Made by a program: the position numbers and the translations under genes. Shown in pieces: positions 10,364 to 19,721 of a stretch of DNA of 57,894 nt (within the stretch, counting starts at the first letter, position 1; the number at the start of each line of letters is the position of its first letter). Under the pieces are notes generated by a model. That model worked only from the letters and a program-made list of their open reading frames with translations, was not told the origin of the DNA and made no database searches. This DNA is from Candidatus Omnitrophota bacterium (lineage in GTDB: Bacteria > Omnitrophota > Gorgyraeia > VGKH01): positions 1-57,894 of the forward strand of contig VGKH01000003.1 in the NCBI GenBank assembly GCA_016867135.1. The letters are read 5' to 3'.

Positions 10364-11077
10364 TCTTACCACAGTCCCTATTTTTTCACCCAATATAACC
10401 CTTTTTATATTTCCGGGTTTGGTAAAATTAAAAATTACGATTGGTAAATTATTATCCATGCAAAGGCTGATCGCAGTAGCATCCATAACCTTCAGTCTTT
10501 TTTGGAGCACATCCAGATATTCTAGCTTGGTAAATCTCTTGGCGTTCTTAACCTTGACTGGATCGGCGGAATAAACTCCGTCTACTTTGGTAGCTTTTAA
10601 AATTATATCGGCGTTGATTTCTTTTGCGCGCAAAGCCGCTGTGGTATCGGTAGTAAAATAAGGGTTACCCGTTCCGGCCACAAAAATAATCACTCTTCCC
10701 TTTTCCAGGTGCCGTATGGCCCTGCGACGGATATATGGTTCGGCGATCGCATGCATCTCTATAGCCGTCAAGACTCGCGTAGGCACGCCTATCTTTTCCA
10801 GCGCATCCTGAAGCGCTAAACCATTTATGACTGTAGCCAACATGCCCATATAATCCGCTACGGAACGGTCAATACCAAAAGCTGTGGATTTGGATTCGCC
10901 GCGAAATATATTTCCTCCGCCGACAACCAAGACAACCTGGACATTCAGGGATCTTACTTCTTTAATTTCTTTAGCAAGAGAATGGCAGAATTTTAAATCG
11001 ATCCCGTGCTTTTGAGCGCCCTGGAGGGCCTCACCGCTTAATTTCAAGACGACTCTTTTATATACCGGTCGGCTCAC
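10361..11077 (-). CDS. pyrH: UMP kinase
   Basis: Contains [18 protein letters not shown] and [15 protein letters not shown], conserved blocks. Confidence 0.95.
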   Translation of the reverse strand: MSRPVYKRVVLKLSGEALQGAQKHGIDLKFCHSLAKEIKEVRSLNVQVVLVVGGGNIFRGESKSTAFGIDRSVADYMGMLATVINGLALQDALEKIGVPTRVLTAIEMHAIAEPYIRRRAIRHLEKGRVIIFVAGTGNPYFTTDTTAALRAKEINADIILKATKVDGVYSADPVKVKNAKRFTKLEYLDVLQKRLKVMDATAISLCMDNNLPIVIFNFTKPGNIKRVILGEKIGTVVR

Positions 11078-11601
11078 TATTCTCCTAATTTATACCTTGC
11101 GAATCTACGGATAACTATATTTTCTCCGATTTTTGCCACTAAAGATGCGAGATAATCTTTTATGGTTAAATTAGAATCCTTGATAAAAACTTGATCCAGA
11201 AGACAATTTTGCTTATAAAAACCTTCTTTATCTTTAACTTCCTTTAAATCATCTTTGGAGACATCTTCTTTTTTTAGGTATTTTGGCTCGGCTGCGGCTA
11301 TCTGCATGGCCACATCTTTTGCGAAACGGCAGAAATCTTCGTTTCTTGCGACGAAATCGGTTTCGCAATTGACTTCCAGCAAAACTCCGATCTTATTGCC
11401 TAAATGAACGTAAGATTCAATTCTCCCCTGGTTGGCTACTCGGTCGGCTTTCTTGGCGGCTATCTCCAAGCCTCTTTTAATCAGTACTTCTTTAGCCTTC
11501 TTAAAGTCGCCCTTAGATTCTATAAGCGCCTTTCGGCAATCCATTACTCCGCAGGAAGTCTCCTGCCTCAACTGCTGTATTAGTTCTTTGGGTATTTCCA
11601 T
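11077..11601 (-). CDS. tsf: Elongation factor Ts (short form)
   Basis: N-terminal UBA-like [16 protein letters not shown] and an EF-Ts core ([24 protein letters not shown]). It lies between rpsB and pyrH, as is usual. Confidence 0.85.
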   Translation of the reverse strand: MEIPKELIQQLRQETSCGVMDCRKALIESKGDFKKAKEVLIKRGLEIAAKKADRVANQGRIESYVHLGNKIGVLLEVNCETDFVARNEDFCRFAKDVAMQIAAAEPKYLKKEDVSKDDLKEVKDKEGFYKQNCLLDQVFIKDSNLTIKDYLASLVAKIGENIVIRRFARYKLGE

Positions 11602-11604
11602 GAT

Positions 11605-12498
11605 TTATTTACCTTTCCTTGTTGTGCGCGGCTTCTTAGATTTGTCACCGATATCTGCCTTTGGCTTAACGGGTTTTTTGTCTTCACCTTCTTGCTCTAT
11701 AACTTCCTCCAAGACCTCTAGGTCTTCGACCTTTATTTTTTCGCCCGTTTGCTCATCTGTTTTTTCTTCTACCTGTTCTTTAGGAACCTCAATGGGTTTC
11801 TTGATTATTTCCAAGAATCTTTTTCTTCCTTCGATAATGCTATCTGCCACATAGCCAGCAATAAAACTTATTGAGCGCATAGCGTCATCATTGCCTGGTA
11901 TAGAAAAATCGATTAAATCCGGGTCGCAGTTAGTGTCTATAAAACCCACTATAGGTATCTGGAGTATCCTAGCTTCGTTAACTGCAGTTTCTTCTTTGTG
12001 AGAATCAATCAAAAACATTACACTCGGCAAATTCTCCATCTCCTTAACGCCAGAAAGATTCTTTTCCAGCTTCTCCATCTCTTTAGTAAGCTTAGAGACT
12101 TCTTTCTTGGATAATTTGTGGAATGTTCCGTCGTCTCTCATCTTCTCAAGCTTCTTAAGATGGGCCACGGATTTCCTCACTGTCTGGAAATTGGTAAGAA
12201 GCCCGCCTAGCCAGCGCCTATCGACGAAAAACATACCGCAGCGCTTTGCCTCATCTTTTATTGCTGCCTGGGCCTGCTTCTTTGTCCCAACAAAAAGAAA
12301 GGTCCCGCCCTTGGAAGCGATATTGACAATAAAATCCCGCGCTTCTTTCAATGCCTTAGCGGTCTTTTCCAAATCAATAATATAGATACCGCTTCTTTCC
12401 CCGAAAATAAACTTGGCCATTTTGGGGTTCCAGCGCTTAGCCTGATGCCCAAAATGCACCCCTGCCTCTAAAAGTTGCCTAACTAAATCATCTACCAT
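11605..12498 (-). CDS. rpsB: 30S ribosomal protein S2 with K/E-rich C-terminal extension
   Basis: [19 protein letters not shown] is the hallmark. I placed the start at ATG 12498. The ORF-track extension to 12582 reads through the structured leader. Confidence 0.92.
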   Translation of the reverse strand: MVDDLVRQLLEAGVHFGHQAKRWNPKMAKFIFGERSGIYIIDLEKTAKALKEARDFIVNIASKGGTFLFVGTKKQAQAAIKDEAKRCGMFFVDRRWLGGLLTNFQTVRKSVAHLKKLEKMRDDGTFHKLSKKEVSKLTKEMEKLEKNLSGVKEMENLPSVMFLIDSHKEETAVNEARILQIPIVGFIDTNCDPDLIDFSIPGNDDAMRSISFIAGYVADSIIEGRKRFLEIIKKPIEVPKEQVEEKTDEQTGEKIKVEDLEVLEEVIEQEGEDKKPVKPKADIGDKSKKPRTTRKGK

Positions 12499-12776
12499 AG
12501 TGTTATGTTCACTCCTCCTTAAACCAGATAGGCACTCACTTCGTTCGTGCGCTATCTTCCTTCGGACAGCCCTTGTTATCAAAAGGGCTGGGTCGTATCG
12601 GAATCTACCTATCTGATCCCGCCCTTTAGACCGAAGGTTAAAGGGCGGTCGGAATTTTTCGCCGAAAGCGAATTACATTATTATAAGACTTCTTAAATTC
12701 CGATACGATAAAATACATTTTATGAACCTGTTTTACTCAGAAATGAAACTTCTGAAGGGTTAGAGATTTGAAGCTT

Positions 12777-12804
12777 ATTATAGCCAAAAATATATATATT
12801 TCAA
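12777..12804 (-). promoter_or_regulatory. Sigma70-like promoter for the rpsB operon
   Basis: The minus strand reads TTGAAA, 16 nt, TATAAT, with an AT-rich upstream tract. A structured leader of about 270 nt lies downstream. Confidence 0.5.
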
Positions 12805-12817
12805 CAATTTTTATTAA

Positions 12818-12978
12818 TTTAATGAGCGCACAACTTATGGAGCACAAAGTGCGACATAAGTTGTTTTTTGCGCGAATTAACCCAGCTCTTTCTTTATAGT
12901 TACTATATCCTCCAAAGAAAGGGCTGGATAAAATTCCCCCCGCTTCTTGCTTTCGCAAGAAAGCAGCGGGGGTCATTT
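12818..12978. repeat. Intercistronic quasi-palindromic element, copy 3
   Basis: Module order is TTTAATGAGCGC, H1 (ACAACTTATGGAGC..GCGACATAAGTTGT), TTTTTGCGCGAATTAAC, H2 (CCAGCTCTTTCTTT/AAAGAAAGGGCTGG), ATAAAATT, a GC hairpin, TCATTT. It abuts the msbA-like TGA stop. Confidence 0.8.
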
Positions 12979-14771
12979 CACATATGGAATTGGGTATCGT
13001 AAAGCCGCTTGTATAAACCGCCCTTGGAAAGCAATTCTTCATGCGTGCCGACTTCAACAATCCTGCCCTGCTCTACCACCACGATTCTATTGGCTTTTCT
13101 TACCGTTGATAACCTGTGTGCAATACAGAAAACCGTACGGTTGGTGATTAACTTATTAATCGCCTCCTGGACCAGGCGTTCAGACTCGGAATCAAGCTGC
13201 GAAGTCGCCTCATCCAAGATAAGGATCGGCGGGTTCTTCAAGATTGCCCGGGCGATGGAAAGCCTCTGCTTCTCGCCGCCCGATAACTTAAAACCCCTAT
13301 CTCCGACTATAGTGTTATAACCCTCGGGCATTTTCATTACAAAATCATGCGCAAAAGCCTGCCTGGCGGCATTTTCAATCTGAGACTGAGGAGCTCCCGG
13401 TTTTCCATAAGCGATGTTAGCGGAAACGGTATCGTTAAATAATATCGTCTCTTGCGTTACCAATCCAACCTGCTCCCGTAAAGATTTAATCGTTGCGTCT
13501 CTTATATCAATACCATCTATAGAGACTTTACCTTTTTGAGGATCGTAAAACCGGGGTATCATATTTATTATGGATGTTTTCCCTGCGCCCGTCGGACCAA
13601 CGATAGCAATCATCTCGCCGTATTTTACCTCAAGATTGATATCCTTTAGGACATCTTGAGTATCCGATTCATATCTGAACCAAACGTTTTCAAAACGAAT
13701 ACTGGATTTTAAATTTGGCAGCGTTATAGCTCCTTCTTTATCTTCCAAGGCAGGCTTCAAATCCAGGATTTCTTCTATTCTCGCATTGGCAGCCAATGCC
13801 CGCTGGTTTAATGCATGGACCTGGCTCAATTTTTTAAAAGGCCTGATTAAAGATAACAATGAACCGAGGAACAAACCAAAGACGCCAAAGGAAAGCTTGC
13901 CGGCAATAACATCCTTGCCGCCGAGAAAGAAAACAAAGATTCCGCAAAAGGCCCCCACAAACTCCGTGATAGGATTAAGCAGCAGATTACGCTTTATAGC
14001 TTTCATCTCAAGCTTGTAGTTATCTTGGTTTTGATTGGAAAATTTATTAATTTCATAATTTTCCATGTTGAAAGCCTTGACGATTCTCACGCCCGATATA
14101 GTTTCGGAAAGCAAAGAATTGATATCTGCCATGCGCTCCTGTTGTCTCTTGGTAAGCTTGCGCAGTTTTCTGCCGATATTCACCGTCGGACCGACGACCA
14201 AAGGAAACAATATCAGCGCAAACAAAGCCATCTTCCAATGAATAATAAAAATAAGGGAAGTAAAAAGTATCAACTGAAAAGTCTGGTAGATAAGATCAGT
14301 GAACCCGTAGGAAACTGCGTTCTCAAGCGTTTTTACGTCGTTGGTTATGCGGGAGATTAATTCTCCTACGCGTTTCTGGCTGTAGAAATCTAAAGATAAT
14401 TCCTGCATTTTCTTATATAGAAGCAGGCGCGCATCTCTTATGACTCTTTGGCCTATGTCTGACATAAGATAACCCTGGAAGAAAGCAAAAATGCCCTTTA
14501 ACACAAATAAGGCCAAAACCACCCAAACCATTATGGTCAAAAGCGCAAGCGACGGCATACTATTTATTTTGTTGATGAAATCCATGACAAAACCGGGGAG
14601 TTTCGTGGCAACCACTATCTGTTTATCGGTCAATACCTTGTCTGCCAAAGGCACAATCATAGACAAGGATACCCCATCAAAAATAGCAGAGAAAAACATG
14701 CAAATTCCCGCCCAAACCAATACAGTTTTGTGCGGTTTTAAATATTTTATAAGTCTAAGGTAGTCTTTCAT
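12978..14771 (-). CDS. msbA: ABC transporter permease/ATPase, MsbA-like lipid exporter
   Basis: Six TM helices then an NBD with GPTGAGKT (Walker A), LSGGEKQR (signature) and ILILDEATS (Walker B). I placed the start at M36 (MKDYLRL.., 14771). The upstream ORF extension runs into repeat copy 4. Confidence 0.85.
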   Translation of the reverse strand: MKDYLRLIKYLKPHKTVLVWAGICMFFSAIFDGVSLSMIVPLADKVLTDKQIVVATKLPGFVMDFINKINSMPSLALLTIMVWVVLALFVLKGIFAFFQGYLMSDIGQRVIRDARLLLYKKMQELSLDFYSQKRVGELISRITNDVKTLENAVSYGFTDLIYQTFQLILFTSLIFIIHWKMALFALILFPLVVGPTVNIGRKLRKLTKRQQERMADINSLLSETISGVRIVKAFNMENYEINKFSNQNQDNYKLEMKAIKRNLLLNPITEFVGAFCGIFVFFLGGKDVIAGKLSFGVFGLFLGSLLSLIRPFKKLSQVHALNQRALAANARIEEILDLKPALEDKEGAITLPNLKSSIRFENVWFRYESDTQDVLKDINLEVKYGEMIAIVGPTGAGKTSIINMIPRFYDPQKGKVSIDGIDIRDATIKSLREQVGLVTQETILFNDTVSANIAYGKPGAPQSQIENAARQAFAHDFVMKMPEGYNTIVGDRGFKLSGGEKQRLSIARAILKNPPILILDEATSQLDSESERLVQEAINKLITNRTVFCIAHRLSTVRKANRIVVVEQGRIVEVGTHEELLSKGGLYKRLYDTQFHM

Positions 14772-14796
14772 TTGGGAGTGTATAATAGCATATATG

Positions 14797-14825
14797 TTGA
14801 CATTTGTCGAGGTATTTGTTAAAAT
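14797..14825 (+). promoter_or_regulatory. Candidate sigma70-like promoter reading into repeat copy 4 and the oxidoreductase-lpxB operon
   Basis: The + strand reads TTGACA, 17 nt, TAAAAT. Confidence 0.4.
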
Positions 14826-15011
14826 GAGCGCATCATTTACGGAGCATAAAATGCGACGTAAATGATAAGCGCTCATTTAACCCCGCCCTTTTGGCGGGGA
14901 GTAAAAAGAAATAAACTTCGCCAAAAGGGCGGGATAAGTTCGGACGAATAACTTATGTTCGTCTGAACTCCCTGCCTGACGTCAGGCAGGCATAAGTTAT
15001 GTCCTCACTTA
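14819..15011. repeat. Intercistronic quasi-palindromic element, copy 4 (at a divergent promoter region)
   Basis: Module order is AAAATGAGCGC, H1 (ATCATTTACGGAGC..GCGACGTAAATGAT), AAGCGCTCATTTAAC, H2 (CCCGCCCTTTTGGCG/CGCCAAAAGGGCGGG), ATAAGTTCG, nested H3, CTCACTTA. Confidence 0.8.
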
Positions 15012-15013
15012 CT

Positions 15014-15937
15014 ATGAATAAGATTAATGTAGCGGTAATCGGAGTTGGCCATTTAGGCTCAAAACACGCCAAAATTTATGCCTCTATTGAAAACGTCAAT
15101 TTAAAGGCAGTATGTGACACCGACGAAAACAGGCTTCAGAAAATAGCTTCCGAGCTAAACACCAAGGCCTGCCTAGACTATAAAAAACTGATATCCGAAG
15201 AAAACATAAATGCGGTAAGTATCTGCGTCCCCACTGAATTACATCATCGGATTGCCAAGGATTGCCTCCAAAAGAACATCCATGTTTTGGTCGAGAAACC
15301 CGTTACCAATACGGTAAAACAGGCGGATGAGCTCCTTAATCTGGCAAAAAGGCGAAAACTAATCTTTCAGGTCGGCCATGTGGAGAGATTCAACTCCGCA
15401 TTCCAGGCAGTCCAGGAATTGGTGAAAAAACCCTTGTTTATTGAATGCCACCGCCTAAGCCCTTTCCCCGGCAGATCGCTGGATATCGGGGTAGTCTTAG
15501 ACCTAATGATCCACGATATTGATATCATCTTAGGCCTAGTCCGCTCAAAACCCAAGCATATTGACGCTGTAGGCGTTAATGTCTTAACCCAATACGAAGA
15601 CATCGCTAATGTCAGGATAAATTTCCAAAACGGCTGCGTATGTAATCTGACTGCCAGCAGGATCTCGGATGAAACTATGCGTAAAATCAGGATCTTTGTA
15701 AAAGATACCTATATTTCACTTGACTATGTCAACCAGGAGGCATTCATCTACCGCAAGGAAGCTGATAAAATCAGCTGCCAGCCAATGCAGATAGAAAAAG
15801 AACAGCCTCTGCAAAAAGAACTGGGGGATTTTGTAAACTGCGTCATCACCAACCAAAAACCTATTGTCTCAGGCCTTGAAGGCCGGGACGCGCTTGATCT
15901 GGCACTCAAAATAAAAAATAAGATTTGGCGAAGATGA
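15014..15937 (+). CDS. Gfo/Idh/MocA family NAD(P)-dependent oxidoreductase
   Basis: Rossmann N-terminus MNKINVAVIGVGHLGSKHA and an EKP motif (VLVEKP). I placed the start at 15014 because ATG 14999 lies inside the repeat terminus. Confidence 0.8.
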   Translation: MNKINVAVIGVGHLGSKHAKIYASIENVNLKAVCDTDENRLQKIASELNTKACLDYKKLISEENINAVSICVPTELHHRIAKDCLQKNIHVLVEKPVTNTVKQADELLNLAKRRKLIFQVGHVERFNSAFQAVQELVKKPLFIECHRLSPFPGRSLDIGVVLDLMIHDIDIILGLVRSKPKHIDAVGVNVLTQYEDIANVRINFQNGCVCNLTASRISDETMRKIRIFVKDTYISLDYVNQEAFIYRKEADKISCQPMQIEKEQPLQKELGDFVNCVITNQKPIVSGLEGRDALDLALKIKNKIWRR

Positions 15938-17073
15938 ACCATAAAAAGATATTCATTATTGCGGGCGAAGCTTCGGGAGATATGCACGGGGCGCACCTTG
16001 CGAAAGAAATCAAATCCATGGACGGCAGCATCAAGATGTACGGCCTTGGCGGCGAAGAAATGCAAAAGGCCGGAGTTGAAATCCTCTATAATCTTGTGGA
16101 TTTTGCCGTCGTGGGATTTATCGAAGTCTTGAAGCACTACGGTGAATTCAAGAAAATATTTTATAATCTTTTGGATAGGATTGAAAAAGAACGCCCCGAG
16201 GCTGTAGTACTGATAGATTATCCAGGATTTAACTTAAGGCTGGCCAAAAAACTAAAAGAAAGAAATATCAAAGTCATTTATTATATCAGCCCCCAGGTCT
16301 GGGCGTGGGGAAAAGGAAGAATCAAGCTTATCAAGCGATGCGTCACTAAAATGATTGTTATCTTAAAATTTGAAGAGGAATTTTATAAAAGATACGGAGT
16401 TGATGCTACTTTTATCGGCCATCCTCTCTTAGATGTAGTCAAGCCCGGAATGTCCAAGAGAGATTTCATGAAAACCTGCAATCTCTCCGAGAATTTAAAA
16501 ACCGTTGCCCTTCTTCCCGGAAGCCGGGAAAAAGAGGTAGAAAGAATTTTACCCGTTTCTATAAAAACTGCTGAGGTAATAAACCAAAAACTAAAAGACG
16601 TGCAGTTTATAATCTTAAGGGCGCCGACTGTAAAACAGAAGATTTTTGATGAGTGCCTGAAAGAGACAAGCCTTCATATAAAAATCATCAAAGACAAGAC
16701 CTACGACGGAATCAATGCCTCCGACCTGGTTATCGCCGCATCGGGAACTGCCACATTAGAAACCGCCATTTTAAATCGTCCCTTGATAATACTATACAAG
16801 CTATCCTTCCCCACCTGGCTTATTATCAGATGCCTCTTAAGAATCCGCAATGTGGGGCTAGTAAACATTGTTGCCAGGAAACTGATTATGCCGGAATTCA
16901 TCCAGTTTAAAGCCATTCCTTCCAGAATTGCTCGTCAAGCAATTGATATGCTGACCAACAGGGAACGTATTGCGAAAATGAATAAGGATTTGCTGGAATT
17001 GCGGGAACTGCTTGGTTCGGTAGGCGCCAGCCGGCGTGCGGCAAAGATAGTCTTGGAAACAATCAGAACTTAA
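15934..17073 (+). CDS. lpxB: Lipid-A-disaccharide synthase
   Basis: KIFIIAGEASGDMHGAHL and YISPQVWAWG are hallmark motifs. There is an ATGA overlap with the upstream stop. Confidence 0.9.
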   Translation: MNHKKIFIIAGEASGDMHGAHLAKEIKSMDGSIKMYGLGGEEMQKAGVEILYNLVDFAVVGFIEVLKHYGEFKKIFYNLLDRIEKERPEAVVLIDYPGFNLRLAKKLKERNIKVIYYISPQVWAWGKGRIKLIKRCVTKMIVILKFEEEFYKRYGVDATFIGHPLLDVVKPGMSKRDFMKTCNLSENLKTVALLPGSREKEVERILPVSIKTAEVINQKLKDVQFIILRAPTVKQKIFDECLKETSLHIKIIKDKTYDGINASDLVIAASGTATLETAILNRPLIILYKLSFPTWLIIRCLLRIRNVGLVNIVARKLIMPEFIQFKAIPSRIARQAIDMLTNRERIAKMNKDLLELRELLGSVGASRRAAKIVLETIRT

Positions 17074-17076
17074 ATC

Positions 17077-17850
17077 CTAATAAGGCTCTTTTTCACTCCT
17101 GAAAAAATTAAAAAACCCCGAAAGCTTGCCCCACATCCTTAAAGGATTGGTATCGGCGTTTCCCACCTTGACCCTCTTTAAAGCGTAAATATTCTTATTA
17201 AATCGGCCTTTGCCTCTGTTGGTGGTAAAGGCTGCTTGATAGCCTGCCTCCTTTACCATATCTATTATCTTATCGCTGAATCCTCCAAAGCAATAACAAA
17301 AATATTTCACTTCGGAATTTATTTTCTCCTCAAGCTCTTTTTTGCTGTTGAAAATCTCATCCCTTAATTGTTCGTCTTTTAATTCGGGTAAATACTGATG
17401 GCTTTTACTGTGAGAGCCGAAAAAGATATTATTCTCTTGCATTTGGAGCATCTGTTCGCGGGAAATAAACCCGTCAGAAGCGTCTTTGCCAGTTATAATA
17501 AAGATTGTAGCGGGGAAATTATATTTCTTTAAAACCGGGTAGGCGTAGATGTAATTATTGGCGTACCCGTCATCAAAGGTTATGGCGAGGCTGTTTCTGG
17601 GAAGTCTTTTGCCTGCTCTTATCGCCTCAATAACTTCGTCTAAAGTTAAAACCTTATATCCCCGGCTAGAGATAAACTCCATCTGTCTAGCAAAATTATC
17701 CGTTAAGACCGTGGGCGAGTCGCTATGGATAACCTCATCGACATGGTGATAGGCAAGAATAGGCACGACATAAAGATGCTCGGTGAAAACAAACCAAGCA
17801 CCCCAGGTTAAAACAACAACTAAACTTAATATAACAAGAGGTTTTTTCAT
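17077..17850 (-). CDS. Polysaccharide deacetylase (NodB-fold) family protein, membrane anchored
   Basis: ITFDDGY motif and an N-terminal TM helix. Confidence 0.8.
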   Translation of the reverse strand: MKKPLVILSLVVVLTWGAWFVFTEHLYVVPILAYHHVDEVIHSDSPTVLTDNFARQMEFISSRGYKVLTLDEVIEAIRAGKRLPRNSLAITFDDGYANNYIYAYPVLKKYNFPATIFIITGKDASDGFISREQMLQMQENNIFFGSHSKSHQYLPELKDEQLRDEIFNSKKELEEKINSEVKYFCYCFGGFSDKIIDMVKEAGYQAAFTTNRGKGRFNKNIYALKRVKVGNADTNPLRMWGKLSGFFNFFRSEKEPY

Positions 17851-17852
17851 TT

Positions 17853-18314
17853 TCAGGCTGGAGTAGCTGGCGGGATAAGTTTTTGTTTGACTAATTCGCT
17901 GACAGTCTTATTGTCGGCCTTATCGCCGACTTTGGCTAAGACTTCCTTCATGACCTTACCCATATCCTTAATGCCGGCTGCACCGACCGATACGACAACT
18001 TCAGCGATTACTTTTTTTATCTCATCTTCGGAAAGCTGGGCAGGAAGATAGGATTTTAAGATAGCCAATTCCTTCTCTTCTTTTTCGGCGAGCTCAAGCC
18101 TGCTGCCTTTTTTGAACTGCTCGATGGAATCCTGATGTTTCTTGATTTGGCTCTTTATTACGGCAACGACATCGGCATCTTCCAACTGCTTTTTTCTTTT
18201 GTCGATAGCGTAATTATTAAAATCGGCCCTTAAGAAACTCAAAGTTGAAGCCTTAATCTTATCTTTTGCCAGCATCGCGGCTTTGTAGTCCTCTAAAATT
18301 CTTTCTTCTAACAT
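17853..18314 (-). CDS. GatB/YqeY domain protein
   Basis: Typical YqeY sequence (..YKAAMLAKDK..LSFLRA.. ..ELAILKSYLP..). Confidence 0.85.
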   Translation of the reverse strand: MLEERILEDYKAAMLAKDKIKASTLSFLRADFNNYAIDKRKKQLEDADVVAVIKSQIKKHQDSIEQFKKGSRLELAEKEEKELAILKSYLPAQLSEDEIKKVIAEVVVSVGAAGIKDMGKVMKEVLAKVGDKADNKTVSELVKQKLIPPATPA

Positions 18315-18360
18315 ATTTGCCCTCGTTTTTATCCTTTATTCTATTCAATTATTTAGATAT

Positions 18361-18388
18361 ATTATATTGTTTTGGCGAGGATTGTAAA
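18361..18388 (-). promoter_or_regulatory. Candidate promoter (TTTACA, 16 nt, TATAAT) with A/T-rich upstream tract
   Basis: The minus strand reads CCTTTACAATCCTCGCCAAAACAATATAAT. The same template recurs at 35271-35298. Confidence 0.45.
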
Positions 18389-18405
18389 GGTAAAAAATAA
18401 ATATA

Positions 18406-18440
18406 AAAGGGCGGTCCGACGTAACGTCGGACCGCCCTTT
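18406..18440 (-). terminator. Intrinsic terminator
   Basis: 13-bp GC-rich stem GGGCGGTCCGACG/CGTCGGACCGCCC, followed on the minus strand by TTTTATATTT. Confidence 0.65.
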
Positions 18441-18469
18441 GCCGCAAGCTGATATTTTATCCTAAAAAC

Positions 18470-18670
18470 TTAAGCGCTTGCCTGCCTCATCTTGAACCAA
18501 GGACAGTCAAAACAATACTCAAAACCCCTCTGCGCCTGCGGCCGATAATCGTCAAAGACGTTGAAGCACTGGCTACCCATATCCAAACCATAAACCGTGC
18601 AAGATTCTTTTTTATGCTTCGGGCATTGCCAATAATCCCAACAATTACGGGCCTCTTTATTGTTTGGCAT
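18470..18670 (-). CDS. Small Cys-rich protein (7 Cys; NCWDYWQCP and YCFDCPWF motifs)
   Basis: 66-aa ORF followed by a terminator. The motif layout resembles two-CW type small metal-binding proteins. This rests on recollection only. Confidence 0.45.
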   Translation of the reverse strand: MPNNKEARNCWDYWQCPKHKKESCTVYGLDMGSQCFNVFDDYRPQAQRGFEYCFDCPWFKMRQASA

Positions 18671-18681
18671 GCTTTGTTTTT

Positions 18682-18861
18682 TTATTTACTGCGTATCGCC
18701 GCGATTACCCCGCCGATCAAAACTGTATTGGCCAAGACCAAGATACTGCTTGACTTAAACTGATGCATTGCTACTGAAGGCTCTCCGTAGAAGCGCGAAA
18801 AGAAGGCGTAAAAAACAAGCAGGCCCCCAAAAACAAATAGCCCGGATTCCATCCATTTCAT
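18682..18861 (-). CDS. 59-aa two-helix membrane microprotein
   Basis: Below the ORF-track cutoff. It starts at an ATG preceded by GGGAGGAG and translates to MKWMESGLFVFGGLLVFYAFFSRFYGEPSVAMHQFKSSSILVLANTVLIGGVIAAIRSK. It lies directly upstream of the Cys-rich ORF. Confidence 0.4.
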   Translation of the reverse strand: MKWMESGLFVFGGLLVFYAFFSRFYGEPSVAMHQFKSSSILVLANTVLIGGVIAAIRSK

Positions 18862-18995
18862 ATTCTACTCCTCCCTTAGTCTATTGTGTAACTCAGTTGT
18901 GTACCCTAAATATATAATAAATCCGCGCGAATTTATGTCAAGTTTAATTTTACGGGGCTGTGGGATTGTGGTATTATTACAAAAAAGGAGGAAAC

Positions 18996-19337
18996 ATGCT
19001 TTCCAGGCAACAGATTCTTCTATTGAACTGGCAGGTGGATTACGCTAGATTCTTATCTGATAGTTATGATGTCAGTTTTTCAGAGGCTGTAAGAATCCTA
19101 AACAGTATAGCAATAATAGTAATCATCAATGGCTTGTATCCGAATCAGTATAAGCCGACAATAACATTGAAGAAGATCATAAACCACATATCCGCAATGC
19201 AGCAAGGCAAGATGCGCCTGGAAGATTTTCACAAGATGACCTCTGATCTCTATTTTGAGGCTAGAAAAGCAGTAGAGTTCCGCTTTGAGAACAAAAAAGG
19301 ATTAAAAAAAAGAAAAAAAACGAGGGAATATGCTTAA
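18996..19337 (+). CDS. Ribbon-helix-helix-like small protein, paralog A
   Basis: The start has AAGGAGG 5 nt upstream. QQILLLNWQVDYARFLSDSYDVSFSEAVRIL fits a strand-helix-helix (CopG/Arc-like) pattern. Confidence 0.45.
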   Translation: MLSRQQILLLNWQVDYARFLSDSYDVSFSEAVRILNSIAIIVIINGLYPNQYKPTITLKKIINHISAMQQGKMRLEDFHKMTSDLYFEARKAVEFRFENKKGLKKRKKTREYA

Positions 19338-19635
19338 AAGAAACCAGATATTATTGCAGGATTGGCAGGAAGAATACATTAAATTTGTCAGTAAGACTTA
19401 CGATGTAAGTATCTCAGAAGCGGTTAGGACGATAATTAACATCACGGCTGTTGTCTTGCTCAAAGAGTTTTTCCCAAAACACAAAACCAAGATCTCTCTT
19501 AAAGACATAGCTAATGCATTCAAAAGGCTGCAAAACGGAGATATTTGCGAAGAAAAATTCTACGCAATGATGTCAGATCTCTACTATGAGGCCAGGAAAA
19601 TCATAGAATACCGCATGGCCCAGAAGAAAAGATAA
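19330..19635 (+). CDS. Ribbon-helix-helix-like small protein, paralog B
   Basis: Clear paralog of 18996..19337 (NQILLQDWQEEYIKFVSKTYDVSISEAVRTI.. and ..MSDLYYEARK..). The two overlap by 8 nt. Confidence 0.45.
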   Translation: MLKRNQILLQDWQEEYIKFVSKTYDVSISEAVRTIINITAVVLLKEFFPKHKTKISLKDIANAFKRLQNGDICEEKFYAMMSDLYYEARKIIEYRMAQKKR

Positions 19636-19643
19636 TAAACAAA

Positions 19644-19671
19644 GGGGCTCCGACTGAAACGTCGGAGCCCC
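19644..19671. terminator. Bidirectional terminator between convergent operons
   Basis: Stem GGGGCTCCGAC/GTCGGAGCCCC with T-rich tracts on both strands. Confidence 0.6.
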
Positions 19672-19721
19672 TCTCTTTCCCAATCCTCTAATCCCTTATC
19701 CAGAAACGGTCTTGATGTCTA

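Noticed and set aside
12737-13060. 107-aa minus-strand ORF spanning the msbA-rpsB intergenic region
   Set aside because: It is read through repeat copy 3 and overlaps the msbA 3' end in another frame. It has no SD and low-complexity repeat-derived residues.
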